A DNA stretch of 36,115 bases from Pedosphaera sp. (GCA_031414955.1 JANOQV010000178.1:1-36115); one strand, 5' to 3'; positions 25,862 through 35,192 are shown, counted from the first letter of the stretch. Notes: generated from the sequence alone by a model not told the origin. Made by a program: numbers and translations.

Positions 25862-27499
25862 TCACACATCCCGATAGCGCTGCGCAATCGGGATGCGCCG
25901 CCCGACCCCGAAGGCCTTGCTCGTCACCCTCAAACCCGGCGCGGCCTGGCGGCGTTTGTATTCCGAGAAATCAATCAGTCGCACCACCCGCTTCACCGTC
26001 GCCTCGTCGAAACCCAGGGCGATGATGTCGCGCGCGGTCTTCAGGTTGACGACGTATTCCTCGAGGATCGCGTCGAGCACTTCGTAGGGTGGCAGTGAAT
26101 CCTGATCTTTCTGGTCGGGGCGCAGCTCGGCGGACGGCGCTTTGGTGATGGATGCGCTCGGGATGATCTCGCGCTCGCGGTTAATCCACTTCGAGATGCG
26201 ATAGACCAGCATCTTCGGCACGTCGCTGATGACGGCGAGACCGCCGTTCATGTCGCCGTAGAGAGTGCAATAACCCACAGCCATCTCGCTCTTGTTGCCC
26301 GTGGTGAGGAGGAACGAGCCGAACTTGTTCGACATGGCCATCAGAATCACGCCGCGCAGCCGGGCCTGAATGTTCTCCTCCGCCACGTCCTCCTTCAGCC
26401 CCTTGAACACTTCCGCAAGCTGGCCTTTCACCGCCTCGAATGCGGGCTGGATCGGCACCACGTCGTAACGGATACCGAGGTTGGCCGCGAGAATACGCGC
26501 GTCATCAAGGCTGCCCTGGGAAGAATATTCCGAAGGCAGAGACACGCCGCGGACATTCTCCTGACCAAGCGCCGCCACGGCCAGCACCGCGACCAGCGCC
26601 GAGTCGATGCCGCCGCTCAGGCCGAGCACGGCGGACTTGAAGCCGCACTTGTGCAGGTAATCACGCAGGCCCAGCACGAGCGCACGATAGACCTTCTCCT
26701 CGTCGCACATCGACGGCGGCACCACCGGCGGCGCGGTCTCGAGGTCGAGCACGAGGAAGTCTTCCTCGAACAGTTTTCCCTGCGCGATGAGCTGGCCGTC
26801 GCCGTTGAAAGCCACGCTGGCACCGTCGAAGACCAGTTCGTCGTTGCCTCCCACCAGATTGCAATAGACCAGCGGACGTTTCGTCTTGGCCGCGAGCTGC
26901 GAGAGCATCTTGTGCCGCGTCTCGTGCTTGCCAAGCTGCCAGGGCGAAGCGGAGTTGTTGAACAGAATCGTCGCCCCTGCGGCGACCAGTTGCGCGGGCG
27001 GATTGCTCTGGTAACGGCGCTCGTCCCAGAACTCCTCGTCATTCCAGACATCCTCGCAAATCGTCAGCCCGACCTTGCGACCGTTGAACTCCACGGGCGC
27101 GTTCGAGGTGGCCGGCTGGAAGTATCGATCCTCGTCGAAGACATCGTAGCTCGGCAACAGCGACTTGCTGCGGGTGGCGACGATCTGGCCGCGCTGCAGA
27201 AGCGCGGTCGAATTCGTGGCTTCGCGTCCCACGCCCTGCTCATTTTTTCCAACGAAACCGACGAGCATCCCAGTGCTGCCAGTGGCCGAGGCCAGCCGGT
27301 TCAACACGGCGAGGTTCTGCTCCACGAAGTGTCCCTTGAGCAGCAGATCACGCGGCGGATAGCCGGTGACGGCCAGTTCAGGAAAGATGACCAACTCCGC
27401 GCCCGCCTCCACGCCGCGCCGGTAGGCGGCGAGGATCTTAGCTTCATTGCCGGCCAGATCGCCGACCGTGGTGTTGATTTGCGCAAGCGCGATTTTCAT
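25862..27499 (-). CDS. nadE: Glutamine-dependent NAD+ synthetase
   Basis: MKIALAQIN..VGD..GN, FPEL...GYPP.DL, LP.Y.VFDE.RYF, ICED.W, GLSGGIDS, ENIQAR.RG, TGNKSE...GY.TLYGD, PSAEL.P.Q.D, EYKRRQ. Start ATG 27499. Confidence 0.96.
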   Translation of the reverse strand: MKIALAQINTTVGDLAGNEAKILAAYRRGVEAGAELVIFPELAVTGYPPRDLLLKGHFVEQNLAVLNRLASATGSTGMLVGFVGKNEQGVGREATNSTALLQRGQIVATRSKSLLPSYDVFDEDRYFQPATSNAPVEFNGRKVGLTICEDVWNDEEFWDERRYQSNPPAQLVAAGATILFNNSASPWQLGKHETRHKMLSQLAAKTKRPLVYCNLVGGNDELVFDGASVAFNGDGQLIAQGKLFEEDFLVLDLETAPPVVPPSMCDEEKVYRALVLGLRDYLHKCGFKSAVLGLSGGIDSALVAVLAVAALGQENVRGVSLPSEYSSQGSLDDARILAANLGIRYDVVPIQPAFEAVKGQLAEVFKGLKEDVAEENIQARLRGVILMAMSNKFGSFLLTTGNKSEMAVGYCTLYGDMNGGLAVISDVPKMLVYRISKWINREREIIPSASITKAPSAELRPDQKDQDSLPPYEVLDAILEEYVVNLKTARDIIALGFDEATVKRVVRLIDFSEYKRRQAAPGLRVTSKAFGVGRRIPIAQRYRDV

Positions 27500-27631
27500 C
27501 GGAAGGAATTGCCGCAAAAGCACGCAAGGAACGCAAAGAGATTCAGTGGCGGCGAGATCGGCCCACAGGTGCGCGCGTGGATATTTGGGGTGTTCTATAA
27601 TCCGGCCGGCTGCTAGCCTGCGGCTCATCAT

Positions 27632-28159
27632 ATGAGCATCGAAGCAACTTCTCTCGGCACCCCTCCACCGAAGACCAACGGACTGGCCATCACGAGCCTG
27701 GTGCTCGGCATCCTCGCGCTGCTCGCGTGTATCGCTGGAGTGCTGTTTGCCATCCCCGGTTTGATCTGCGGCATCGTGGGCCTGAAGCGGGTGAAAAATT
27801 CCGGCGGAGCTGAACAGGGACACGGCCTGGCGGTCACCGGCATCGTGCTGAACGGGGTGGCGCTGGCTTTGTGCCCGATTCTGGCTCTGCTGGCGGCGAT
27901 TGCGGTCCCTAATTTCGTCAAGGCGCGCAATGCTTCGGCGAGCAATGCCTGCGTGGCGAACCTCAAAACCATTGATGGAGCCAAAGCGACGTGGGCTTTG
28001 GAGAACAGAAAACAGCAGTCAGAAACACCCACGGACGCAGACCTGTTCGGTCCCACCTCCTACATCCGCGAGAAGCCGGCCTGCCCGGCCAACGGCCTCT
28101 ACACGATCAATCCCGTGGATTCCAAGCCGACCTGCACCGTGCGCGGACACCGGTTCTAA
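27632..28159 (+). CDS. DUF4190 membrane domain fused to a type IV pilin-like head
   Basis: [14 protein letters not shown]...G.GLA..GI (DUF4190), then [14 protein letters not shown]....C..NLK.I..AK..WA.E and CP..G.Y......P.C. Confidence 0.8.
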   Translation: MSIEATSLGTPPPKTNGLAITSLVLGILALLACIAGVLFAIPGLICGIVGLKRVKNSGGAEQGHGLAVTGIVLNGVALALCPILALLAAIAVPNFVKARNASASNACVANLKTIDGAKATWALENRKQQSETPTDADLFGPTSYIREKPACPANGLYTINPVDSKPTCTVRGHRF

Positions 28160-28200
28160 ATGGTTGCCGCGTCAGGCTGGCTCCGCACTACACTCTGATC

Positions 28201-29133
28201 ATGTCACGCAAGCTCAGTTCCATTGCTCCGGGTTGGTGGGATTACACCACGCTCGATCACGACCTCATCGCCGAGGCCGCGCGCCTGACGCCCCACGACC
28301 TGTCGCAGCTTTCACGACCGGGCTTCCGCGTCGTGCTCTACGATACGCTGGAGGATTTCTATCTCGCCGAAGCGCTCGAATACATCAGTTCGTGGCAGCG
28401 GGCCACAGCGGATAACCCGGTCGGCATCTGCGGCCCCATCGGGCCGACGGAGCAGTTGCCGCTGGTGGCGCGCATCGTGAACGAGCTTGGGCTGTCGCTG
28501 AAGCACGCGCACTTCTGGGGCATGGACGAGTGGGTGATGAACGGCAAGGAAGTGGCGGCGACCCATCCGTTGTCGTTCGAGAAGGCGGATCGCGAGATGT
28601 GTTTTGACCGCATCCGTGCCGAATTGAGAATGCCGGACAGCAACCTCCACTTCCCCAAGGCCGACCCCACGGCTTATCGCGGGAGTTGGGAGGCCGGCGT
28701 GCGTTGCGCGGTGATGCAAGGCGGCCAGGGCGACATCAAGCACTGGGCCTTCAACGACCCGCCCAAGCGAGAGGGCAAATACACGGACGCGCCTCCGACA
28801 CCCGCCGAGTATCGCGCGCTGCCGACGCGCTTGGTGGAGTTGCATCCCATCACCATCGCGCAGAACGCGCGCACCAGCGGGGGTGGGAACATCACGCTGG
28901 TTCCGACCCAGGCGATGACAGTGGGACCAGTCGAGACTTGGAAAGCCGAGAAGGTTTCGATCTGGCATGCCGGCAAACACGACAACCCATTCGGCCAGCG
29001 ATTGACCACGCTGATGATTTCCAAACGACTGCCGGACGCCGCGGTGCCGATATCACTGCTCGCGGACCACCCGAACGTGCAGTTCAACTTCTATCGCGGC
29101 GGCATCGGCTCGTGCGACGTGGAGATGCACTGA
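28201..29133 (+). CDS. Glucosamine-6-phosphate deaminase/isomerase-like (NagB superfamily)
   Basis: [36 protein letters not shown] (cf. GIG..GH.AFNEP), P.QA.T.G, P.S.L..H. Confidence 0.8.
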   Translation: MSRKLSSIAPGWWDYTTLDHDLIAEAARLTPHDLSQLSRPGFRVVLYDTLEDFYLAEALEYISSWQRATADNPVGICGPIGPTEQLPLVARIVNELGLSLKHAHFWGMDEWVMNGKEVAATHPLSFEKADREMCFDRIRAELRMPDSNLHFPKADPTAYRGSWEAGVRCAVMQGGQGDIKHWAFNDPPKREGKYTDAPPTPAEYRALPTRLVELHPITIAQNARTSGGGNITLVPTQAMTVGPVETWKAEKVSIWHAGKHDNPFGQRLTTLMISKRLPDAAVPISLLADHPNVQFNFYRGGIGSCDVEMH

Positions 29134-29144
29134 GGGGCTGAGGA

Positions 29145-29234
29145 GGTTGAGAGTTTTTCGTGGAGAGTTGAGAGGGAGGAAAGACAGCGGGGATTCCCCT
29201 CCCGCTCATACCCCCCAACCTTCAACTCTCAACC
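29145..29234. repeat. Heptamer hairpin (GTTGAGA...CTCTCAAC type) between convergent genes
   Basis: ggttgagagtt...gagagttgagaggg and ccccccaaccttcaactctcaacc; same unit family as in recG and DUF58. Confidence 0.75.
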
Positions 29235-29250
29235 CACCCACCCCGCAGGT

Positions 29251-30021
29251 TCACATGCCCATGATCTGATAGCCGGAATCGACGTAGAGCACCTGACCGG
29301 TGATGGCCGCCGCGCCGTCGCTGGCGAGGAAGGTGCCGGTGGCGCCGAGTTCTTCGGGGAGCACGTTGCGCTTGAGCGGCGAGTGGGCCTCGTAGTGCTT
29401 GAGCATCTCGGTGAAGCCGCTGATCCCGCGCGCGGCCAGGGTGTTCATCGGGCCGGCGCTGATGCAGTTCACGCGAATCTTCTTCGGACCCAAATCATAG
29501 GCGAGGTAGCGCGTGCTGGCTTCGAGCGAAGCCTTGGCCACGCCCATGACGTTGTAATGCGGCACCACTTTCTCTGCGCCGTAGTAGCTCATGGCCACGA
29601 TGCTGCCGCCTTCGGTCATGAGCGGAGCCGCGCCGCGCGCCAGCGCGACCAGCGAGTAGGCGCTGATGTCGTGCGCGATGCGATAGGCCTCACGGCTGGT
29701 GTTCACGAACTCGCCTTCCAGCGCCTCCTTGGGCGCGAAGGCCACGGAGTGCAAGAGCAGGTGCAGCTTCCCGAACTTCTCACCCACCGTCTTGAAGACG
29801 TTCGCGATGTCCTCGTCCTTGGTCACGTCGCAGGGCATGAGCAGCGTGTCGCTGCCGAAGGTGCCGGCGAGTTCCTCGACGTTCTCCTTGAGACGCTCAC
29901 CCTGATAGGTGAAGGCGAGCTTCGCGCCGGCCTTGTGCCAGGACTGTGCGATGGCCCAGGCGATGGAGCGTTTGTTGGCGACACCGAAGACGATTCCAAG
30001 TTTTCCAGCGAGTAATGACAT
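29251..30021 (-). CDS. fabI: Enoyl-ACP reductase
   Basis: GVANKRSIAW.IA, CDV, HS.AFAP, S.YSL, YN.MGVAKASLE, RVN.ISAGP..TLAA.GI, TG...YVD.G. Start ATG 30021. Confidence 0.96.
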   Translation of the reverse strand: MSLLAGKLGIVFGVANKRSIAWAIAQSWHKAGAKLAFTYQGERLKENVEELAGTFGSDTLLMPCDVTKDEDIANVFKTVGEKFGKLHLLLHSVAFAPKEALEGEFVNTSREAYRIAHDISAYSLVALARGAAPLMTEGGSIVAMSYYGAEKVVPHYNVMGVAKASLEASTRYLAYDLGPKKIRVNCISAGPMNTLAARGISGFTEMLKHYEAHSPLKRNVLPEELGATGTFLASDGAAAITGQVLYVDSGYQIMGM

Positions 30022-30085
30022 AGTGTTTGGCGCTGCAAGCAGCGGGTGGATTCGTAGGGGAATCGAGCGGGTGTGGCAAGGTTGC

Positions 30086-30336
30086 AAAACTCCAAATCCC
30101 AAAATCCAGAGGCGATTGCAAAACCCTGTTTGGCGGAGCGCCGCAATCTTTGCGGCTCGATGAGTTTCGGGCCGTTTCCGCGCCGCAAGGATTGCGGCGA
30201 TCCGACTTTTGCAATCGCCTCTCCAAACTTCAAACAAACTTCAAATTCCAAGCCTCAAATGTCGTGGTCGTTGGCCGGCTTTGGAATTTGGCCGATTGGA
30301 ATTTGTTTGGAGCTTGGTTTTTGGGATTTGGAACTT
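30086..30336. repeat. AAATCCC-type heptamer hairpin element, left arm interrupted by a MITE
   Basis: Left arm 30086-30108 + 30226-30260; right arm 30281-30336 (reverse complement aagttcc aaatccc aaaaacc aagctcc aaac aaattcc...). Confidence 0.85.
30109..30221. mobile_element. 113-bp MITE with 15-bp terminal inverted repeats and 4-bp target-site duplication
   Basis: TIR GAGGCGATTGCAAAA (30109-30123) / TTTTGCAATCGCCTC (30207-30221); TCCA at 30105-30108 and 30222-30225; internal 23-bp inverted pair. Confidence 0.8.
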
Positions 30337-30796
30337 AACTCCCCGCCACTTCCTCCAGCGCCTTCCGGCAATACCATTTCACGGCATTGCTCATCGGCGG
30401 GTGCAACGCATCGAGTTGCTCAAGGGCAAACCATCCAATGTCGTGGTGCTCGGCCGCGGCAAGGGCCAGCGCACCGGACTTGGGACGCGCGAAGTAGATC
30501 ATCCCGATGTGCTCATGCACGTCGTTGATGCGATGGATGTCGAGGAAGCGCGGCGCGATGAGCGCGCGCGTGCCCGGCTCCGTGGTGGGCGGACGCTCGC
30601 CGATCAGTTCGACCTCGAAGCCGCTCTCCTCACGCGCCTCGCGCAAGGCCGCCTGCTCCGGCTCCTCGTCCAGTTCAACGTGGCCGCCCAGCGGCAGCCA
30701 TTTGTCCAGCTTGCGATGATGCACCAGCAGCACCTTGTGTTCGTGAACCACGAAAATCGCGACCGTGAAGTCGATGGCGTAGTGAAGGTGAGGCAT
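30335..30796 (-). CDS. NUDIX hydrolase
   Basis: Nudix box GGHVELDEEPEQAALREAREESG. Confidence 0.92.
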   Translation of the reverse strand: MPHLHYAIDFTVAIFVVHEHKVLLVHHRKLDKWLPLGGHVELDEEPEQAALREAREESGFEVELIGERPPTTEPGTRALIAPRFLDIHRINDVHEHIGMIYFARPKSGALALAAAEHHDIGWFALEQLDALHPPMSNAVKWYCRKALEEVAGS

Positions 30797-30816
30797 AAGA
30801 AAACGCCGGAAGGATG

Positions 30817-31251
30817 TTACGAGACGTTGAGGGCATCAGCGAGTTCCGCGGCGCAGTGCTCGGCGAGGAAGAGGTATTCCTTGATGCGCCAGTCGCGCCA
30901 GTGCGAACCATGCCGCTCGACCCAGTCGCGCGTGATGCGGCGCGTGTCGTGATCGCCCCGCTCCCCGCAGAACCAGATCTCGTTGTGAATCTCGCGCATC
31001 TGGTCGTGCATCTCGGACTGGTGATGAACCGTGCGCAAGGTGGCGATAAGCTGTCGCGTGGCCAGGGAAAGGGCTGCGGGATCAAGCTGGCCGGCAGCCA
31101 ATTTGAGAATCTCGGCCCGTTCCTCCCGCACGAACGCGAGCAGTCGCTGATGACGGGCCAGCAGCCGGCCTTCGGCCAGGCACCGCCCCAGTTGCGCACG
31201 CTCCAACCCGCTGATGAAGGTGAGCCGGACGGTCTCACTCTGCGAAGTCAT
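30817..31251 (-). CDS. Hypothetical protein, weak resemblance to DUF4032-type helical domain
   Basis: Q..EI....W..GE.G.......DW...H...WR motif; start could be TTG 31269 or ATG 31251. Confidence 0.6.
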   Translation of the reverse strand: MTSQSETVRLTFISGLERAQLGRCLAEGRLLARHQRLLAFVREERAEILKLAAGQLDPAALSLATRQLIATLRTVHHQSEMHDQMREIHNEIWFCGERGDHDTRRITRDWVERHGSHWRDWRIKEYLFLAEHCAAELADALNVS

Positions 31252-31310
31252 GGGCGGTGCGGCGTTCAAGTGTTACGCAGCGGTGGGAAGTGAAGGGAGC
31301 ATCGCGATCC

Positions 31311-31340
31311 TAAAAACGCCCCGGCACCCGCCGGGGCGTT
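31311..31340 (-). terminator. Intrinsic terminator of korAB
   Basis: 11-bp stem aacgccccggc/gccggggcgtt with 4-nt loop, followed by a T-run on the minus strand, 17 nt after the korB stop. Confidence 0.8.
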
Positions 31341-31357
31341 ATTCAAAACGTAACCGC

Positions 31358-32314
31358 CTACTTCATCCGGTTGAAGCTGGACTGGAGAATTTCCCAGTCC
31401 TTCTTACCCGCGACCTTGGCCTGGGCGGCGGCGTTAATGCCGGCTTCGAGGGCGTTCTTGGTCGGGCGGTTGACCTGGTAGAGGATGCCGAAACGGCCCG
31501 GGAACGGCTCGCCCGCCACCTTGTAGGCGGCGAGTTCATCGGTCACGTCGTGGCCTTCGGGCATGCCTTCAAATTTGCCGCCCTTGCGCGGGTTCGCCGT
31601 GTCGAACGCGCCGGGGAAGAACTCGATGCACTCGCTCAGGCACTCGATGAAGCTGAAACCGTCGTGGTCCATGGCGGCCTCCATCATCTGGAGGACGTGA
31701 TTGGGATTCGTGGCCGAGGTGCGCGCCACGAAGGTCGCGCCCGCGCTGATGGCCTGGCGCATCGGGTTGATGGGCTGGTCCACGGCGCCCCAGATGTCGG
31801 TCTTGGACTTGAAGCCAAGCGGCGAAGTGGGCGAGGTCTGCTTCTTGGTCAGGCCATAGACGAAGTTGTCCATGACCACGTAGGTCATCTTGATGTTCTT
31901 GCGCGCCGTGTGGTTGAAATGATTGCCCCCGATGGAAAAGGCGTCGCCATCGCCGCCGAAGGCGAAGACATGCAGATCGGGCCGGCTCAGGGATATGCCG
32001 CTGGCGAAGGGCAACGCGCGCCCGTGGATGTAGTGCGCCCCGTGGGCCTGCACGAAATACGGAAAGCGGCTGGAGCAGCCGATGCCCGCCACGGTGGTGA
32101 TGTTCTCGTGCCAGATCTTGCGCTTCTCGATCAGCTTGAAGTAAAGCGCGAGGACGGAGAAATCGCCGCAGCCAGGGCACCACGTCGGGTGGTCGGCGGC
32201 GGTTTCCTTCTTGGTCAGACCCTTGCGATCGGCATCCGCGATGGGCGCGACGGCCGTGAGGGGAATGCTGCCCGTGCGGGTCAGCGGTTCAAAGGGAACG
32301 GTCAGAGTGCTCAT
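31358..32314 (-). CDS. korB: 2-oxoacid:ferredoxin oxidoreductase beta subunit
   Basis: WCPGCGD, GIGCSSR, HGRA, GGDGD..SIG.NH, DN..YGLTK.Q.SPT. Confidence 0.94.
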   Translation of the reverse strand: MSTLTVPFEPLTRTGSIPLTAVAPIADADRKGLTKKETAADHPTWCPGCGDFSVLALYFKLIEKRKIWHENITTVAGIGCSSRFPYFVQAHGAHYIHGRALPFASGISLSRPDLHVFAFGGDGDAFSIGGNHFNHTARKNIKMTYVVMDNFVYGLTKKQTSPTSPLGFKSKTDIWGAVDQPINPMRQAISAGATFVARTSATNPNHVLQMMEAAMDHDGFSFIECLSECIEFFPGAFDTANPRKGGKFEGMPEGHDVTDELAAYKVAGEPFPGRFGILYQVNRPTKNALEAGINAAAQAKVAGKKDWEILQSSFNRMK

Positions 32315-32341
32315 GGTTGTAAGTGTTAAAGCGGGGCAGAA

Positions 32342-34162
32342 TCAAACCTGTCCGTCCTGGGCGTCCTGCGCGAGGCTCCGGGCGCGGTCGAGGATTTCCT
32401 TCACCTTCCAGGTGAGGCCGTCGGATTTATTGATGCCACGGATGCGCGGGTTGCAGTAGCGCGCGCGCAGGATCTGCGCGAACTGGCCGTAGCCGTAGAG
32501 ACCCTCGTCGTTCAACTCCACCACGAAGATGTGGTGGAAGCCCTTGAAGATTTCCTCCAGCCCGTTCGGCAGCGGATTGATGTATTTGATGTGCAGGCCG
32601 GAAATGGCGTCGCCCATGGCCCGTCCGCGCGAGACCGCCTCCGTGATCGGGCCGAGGGCGGAACCCCAGCCAACGAGCAGAATCTGCCCTTCGTCCGGTC
32701 CAATCGTTTTCGTCGGGGGAATGTCCCACGCCAGCTTGCGCAGCTTGTTGCGGCGCTTGGCCGTCATCTGCGTGTGCAGCTTGGGCGAGCCGGTCGGGTG
32801 GCCCAGTTCGTCGTGCTCGAGTCCGGTGACGACGGGATATTTGCCGCTGCCCACGCGCGTGCCGGGCGCGAGATGGCGCGTGACGCCGTCCGCCGCGCTC
32901 AGATCGTAAGGCTTGTGCTCCGCCACCGGCGTGAAGTCGGGCGAGATGTCCTGACAGACTTTCTTGAAATCAGGTTCGGGGAAGGCCTCGATGCGCGTGG
33001 CAATGCCCTGGTCCGTGAGAATGATGACTGGCGTGCTGTACTTGCGCGCGATGTTCACCGCCTCGATCGCGGTGTAGAAACAATCCTCGACGTTCGCCGG
33101 CGCGATGACGACCCGCGGACTGTCGCCGTGACCGCCGAAGCAGGCGATGTTCAAATCCGACTGCTCCACGCTGGTCGGCATGCCGGTGGAAGGACCGCCG
33201 CGCTGCACATCGACGATGACGAGGGGCATTTCAGCCATCGAAGCCCAGCCGAGCGCCTCGGTCTTGAGCGAGATGCCAGGGCCGCTGGAGCCGGTCACGG
33301 CCACGCGGCCGGAATAGCTGGAACCGATGGCCATCGAGATGGCCGCGATCTCGTCCTCGGTCTGGATGAACGAGCCGCCGTACTTGGGCAGTTCGCGCCG
33401 GAGCAATTCCATGATGTCGGACCACGGCGTGATCGGGTAGCCCGCGCCGAAGCGCACGCCCGCCGCGATGAGACCGTAGGCCAGTGCCTCGTTGCCGTTC
33501 ATCACAACCTGATGGCCGCCTTTGCTCTCGCCGGGATAGAACTGGAACGTCTTGATCAGATTATCCAGGGAGTTGCTGTAGCCCGCGTTGAAGGAGGTCA
33601 GAGCGTTCGTGACCACGGTCGGATCCTTGCCGGTGAAACGCTCCTCGATCAGCTTGGTCAGCTTCTCTACGTTGAGGTCGTAAATTTTCGCGAGCAGTCC
33701 GAGCGCGTAAATGTTTTTGCCCTTGTCGCGTCCGGTGCCGCCGATGGCCTCGACCACGAGGCTCGAAATGGCCACGCCCACATGGCGGTAGTTGTCCTGC
33801 CACTCCGGCTTCGGCGTCACATGGTCTGAATCATAGAGCACGATGCCGCCGAGTTTGATCGACTTGATGTGTTCCTCGTAGCTGTGCTGGTAGAAGCAGA
33901 GCAGCATGTCCGCCTCGTCGCCCGCGCTCAACACTTCGCCCGTGCCGATGCGCACCTGGAAGATGGACGGACCGCCGGAAATCGTGGACGGAATGGTCAT
34001 GAAGGTCATGACCTCCTGCTCGCTGCGCCCGGCCAACCGGGCCAGAAAGCCGCCGATGGCCTGAATGCCGTCCTGCGAGTTGCCGGCAATGCGAATCACC
34101 GCCTCTTGAATGCGGGTTACCTTCGGAGAACCGCCCGCCGCGGTCAAAATTGCGTCACTCAT
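32342..34162 (-). CDS. korA: 2-oxoacid:ferredoxin oxidoreductase alpha subunit (gamma-alpha fusion)
   Basis: IRIAG.S.DG.Q, KN..ALG, GNEA.A.G, GYPITP, Q.EDEIAA, SGPG.SLK.E, QRGGPSTG.PT..EQ.D, GLEH. Confidence 0.94.
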   Translation of the reverse strand: MSDAILTAAGGSPKVTRIQEAVIRIAGNSQDGIQAIGGFLARLAGRSEQEVMTFMTIPSTISGGPSIFQVRIGTGEVLSAGDEADMLLCFYQHSYEEHIKSIKLGGIVLYDSDHVTPKPEWQDNYRHVGVAISSLVVEAIGGTGRDKGKNIYALGLLAKIYDLNVEKLTKLIEERFTGKDPTVVTNALTSFNAGYSNSLDNLIKTFQFYPGESKGGHQVVMNGNEALAYGLIAAGVRFGAGYPITPWSDIMELLRRELPKYGGSFIQTEDEIAAISMAIGSSYSGRVAVTGSSGPGISLKTEALGWASMAEMPLVIVDVQRGGPSTGMPTSVEQSDLNIACFGGHGDSPRVVIAPANVEDCFYTAIEAVNIARKYSTPVIILTDQGIATRIEAFPEPDFKKVCQDISPDFTPVAEHKPYDLSAADGVTRHLAPGTRVGSGKYPVVTGLEHDELGHPTGSPKLHTQMTAKRRNKLRKLAWDIPPTKTIGPDEGQILLVGWGSALGPITEAVSRGRAMGDAISGLHIKYINPLPNGLEEIFKGFHHIFVVELNDEGLYGYGQFAQILRARYCNPRIRGINKSDGLTWKVKEILDRARSLAQDAQDGQV

Positions 34163-34238
34163 TTCAAATACCTCGTATCAACCAAGCTCAATTCCAAGAA
34201 AAAGAAATCGCCGCATTCAAGGGCGATTTCGAGGGCCG

Positions 34239-34266
34239 ACCCTACCATCGGAAGGGGGGCTGTCAA
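34239..34266 (-). promoter_or_regulatory. Sigma70-type promoter for korAB
   Basis: Minus strand TTGACA (34266-34261), 16 nt ending in TGG, TAGGGT (34244-34239). Confidence 0.6.
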
Positions 34267-34460
34267 ACGATTCTCCGGGGGCTTTCCTTGGGGCCAAACC
34301 ACCTCTCCAGTGCTGAAAATGTTCATCGAACCAGCCGGTGCCCGAGCGAGGTAATGGGAAATGGTGGTCCGGGTGAGGATGAGAGGCAGGTCGGGCCACC
34401 TGGCCGCGGTCCAGCCGTGAGCAGGGCGTGGCCTTCACTCCTCACCGGTCCTGTTCGGCC

Positions 34461-35192
34461 CTATTTCTTCCCCATCTGCACGCTGCCGTCGCTGTAGCCG
34501 ACGTTCCCGTGAAAGGGGCAGGCGGCGAGCGGCTTCTGCGGGTCGAGCTCGTTTCCGTTCGGGTTCAGGAACTGGTAGCTGATCGTGTTTGGGTTCAACT
34601 GCGTCCAATCCGCCGCCTGCGCGCCTCCGGGCGCGGCCGGGCAAAACAAAACCTTCGGCGTCACCAGTTCCTGCTTCAGCATCGCCAGATTGGCTGGGAA
34701 GGTGTCCTGGTGGTCGCTGGCATAAATGCGCGCCGCCAGTCCGATTTGTTTCAAGTTGTTCACGCACGCGATGCTTTGGGCCCGTTCCTTGGCCACCAGC
34801 ATTTGCTCCGCCGACATTTTCAGCAGCTCCTCGGAACCTTTTTTTAACTCATCCATTTTCTCGCTGGCTCCGGCGACTTGCGCCCGCAACTGCTCGACTT
34901 CCCGTGCCGCCTGCGCGCGCTGGGCATTCGCAGCGGTGATCTGCTGGCGGAGTTGCCCCGCTTCATTTCGCAGCCGCGCCAGTTCGCGTATGTCCGCGTC
35001 GGAGGTGACAGGCCTGGCTGCGCTCTGCGTCTTCAGCGCCTCGTTCTCCGCGAGCAGGGCTTCGGTATCCCCGGCGGCAGCGCGCACGGCTTCCGACTCG
35101 GCGCGCGTCTGCGCCAACTGCCGCCAGAGAAAAATATTCAACCCCACGCTCGCCATCAGCGCCATGCCGGCCAGTAGGTTCGTCGCTTTCAT
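34461..35192 (-). CDS. Membrane-anchored coiled-coil protein with DUF1559/pilin-like C-terminal domain
   Basis: N-terminal hydrophobic helix, long Ala/Glu/Arg coiled coil, AKERAQ...C.NNLKQIGLA...YA.D....P, C-terminal HGNVGYSDGSV. Start ATG 35192 (GTG 35285 is in frame). Confidence 0.8.
   Translation of the reverse strand: MKATNLLAGMALMASVGLNIFLWRQLAQTRAESEAVRAAAGDTEALLAENEALKTQSAARPVTSDADIRELARLRNEAGQLRQQITAANAQRAQAAREVEQLRAQVAGASEKMDELKKGSEELLKMSAEQMLVAKERAQSIACVNNLKQIGLAARIYASDHQDTFPANLAMLKQELVTPKVLFCPAAPGGAQAADWTQLNPNTISYQFLNPNGNELDPQKPLAACPFHGNVGYSDGSVQMGKK

Noticed and set aside
27511..27540. Possible 9-mer array (CGCAAAAGC/CGCAAGGAA/CGCAAAGAG) upstream of nadE
   Set aside because: Only three imperfect units with 10/9 spacing and no partner arm; too weak without genome-wide counts.
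30022..30237. N-terminal extensions of fabI (and of spoIIM, nadE, nagB-like, DUF1553) in the ORF track
   Set aside because: They translate repeat, intergenic or neighbouring-gene DNA; family homology starts at the downstream ATGs.
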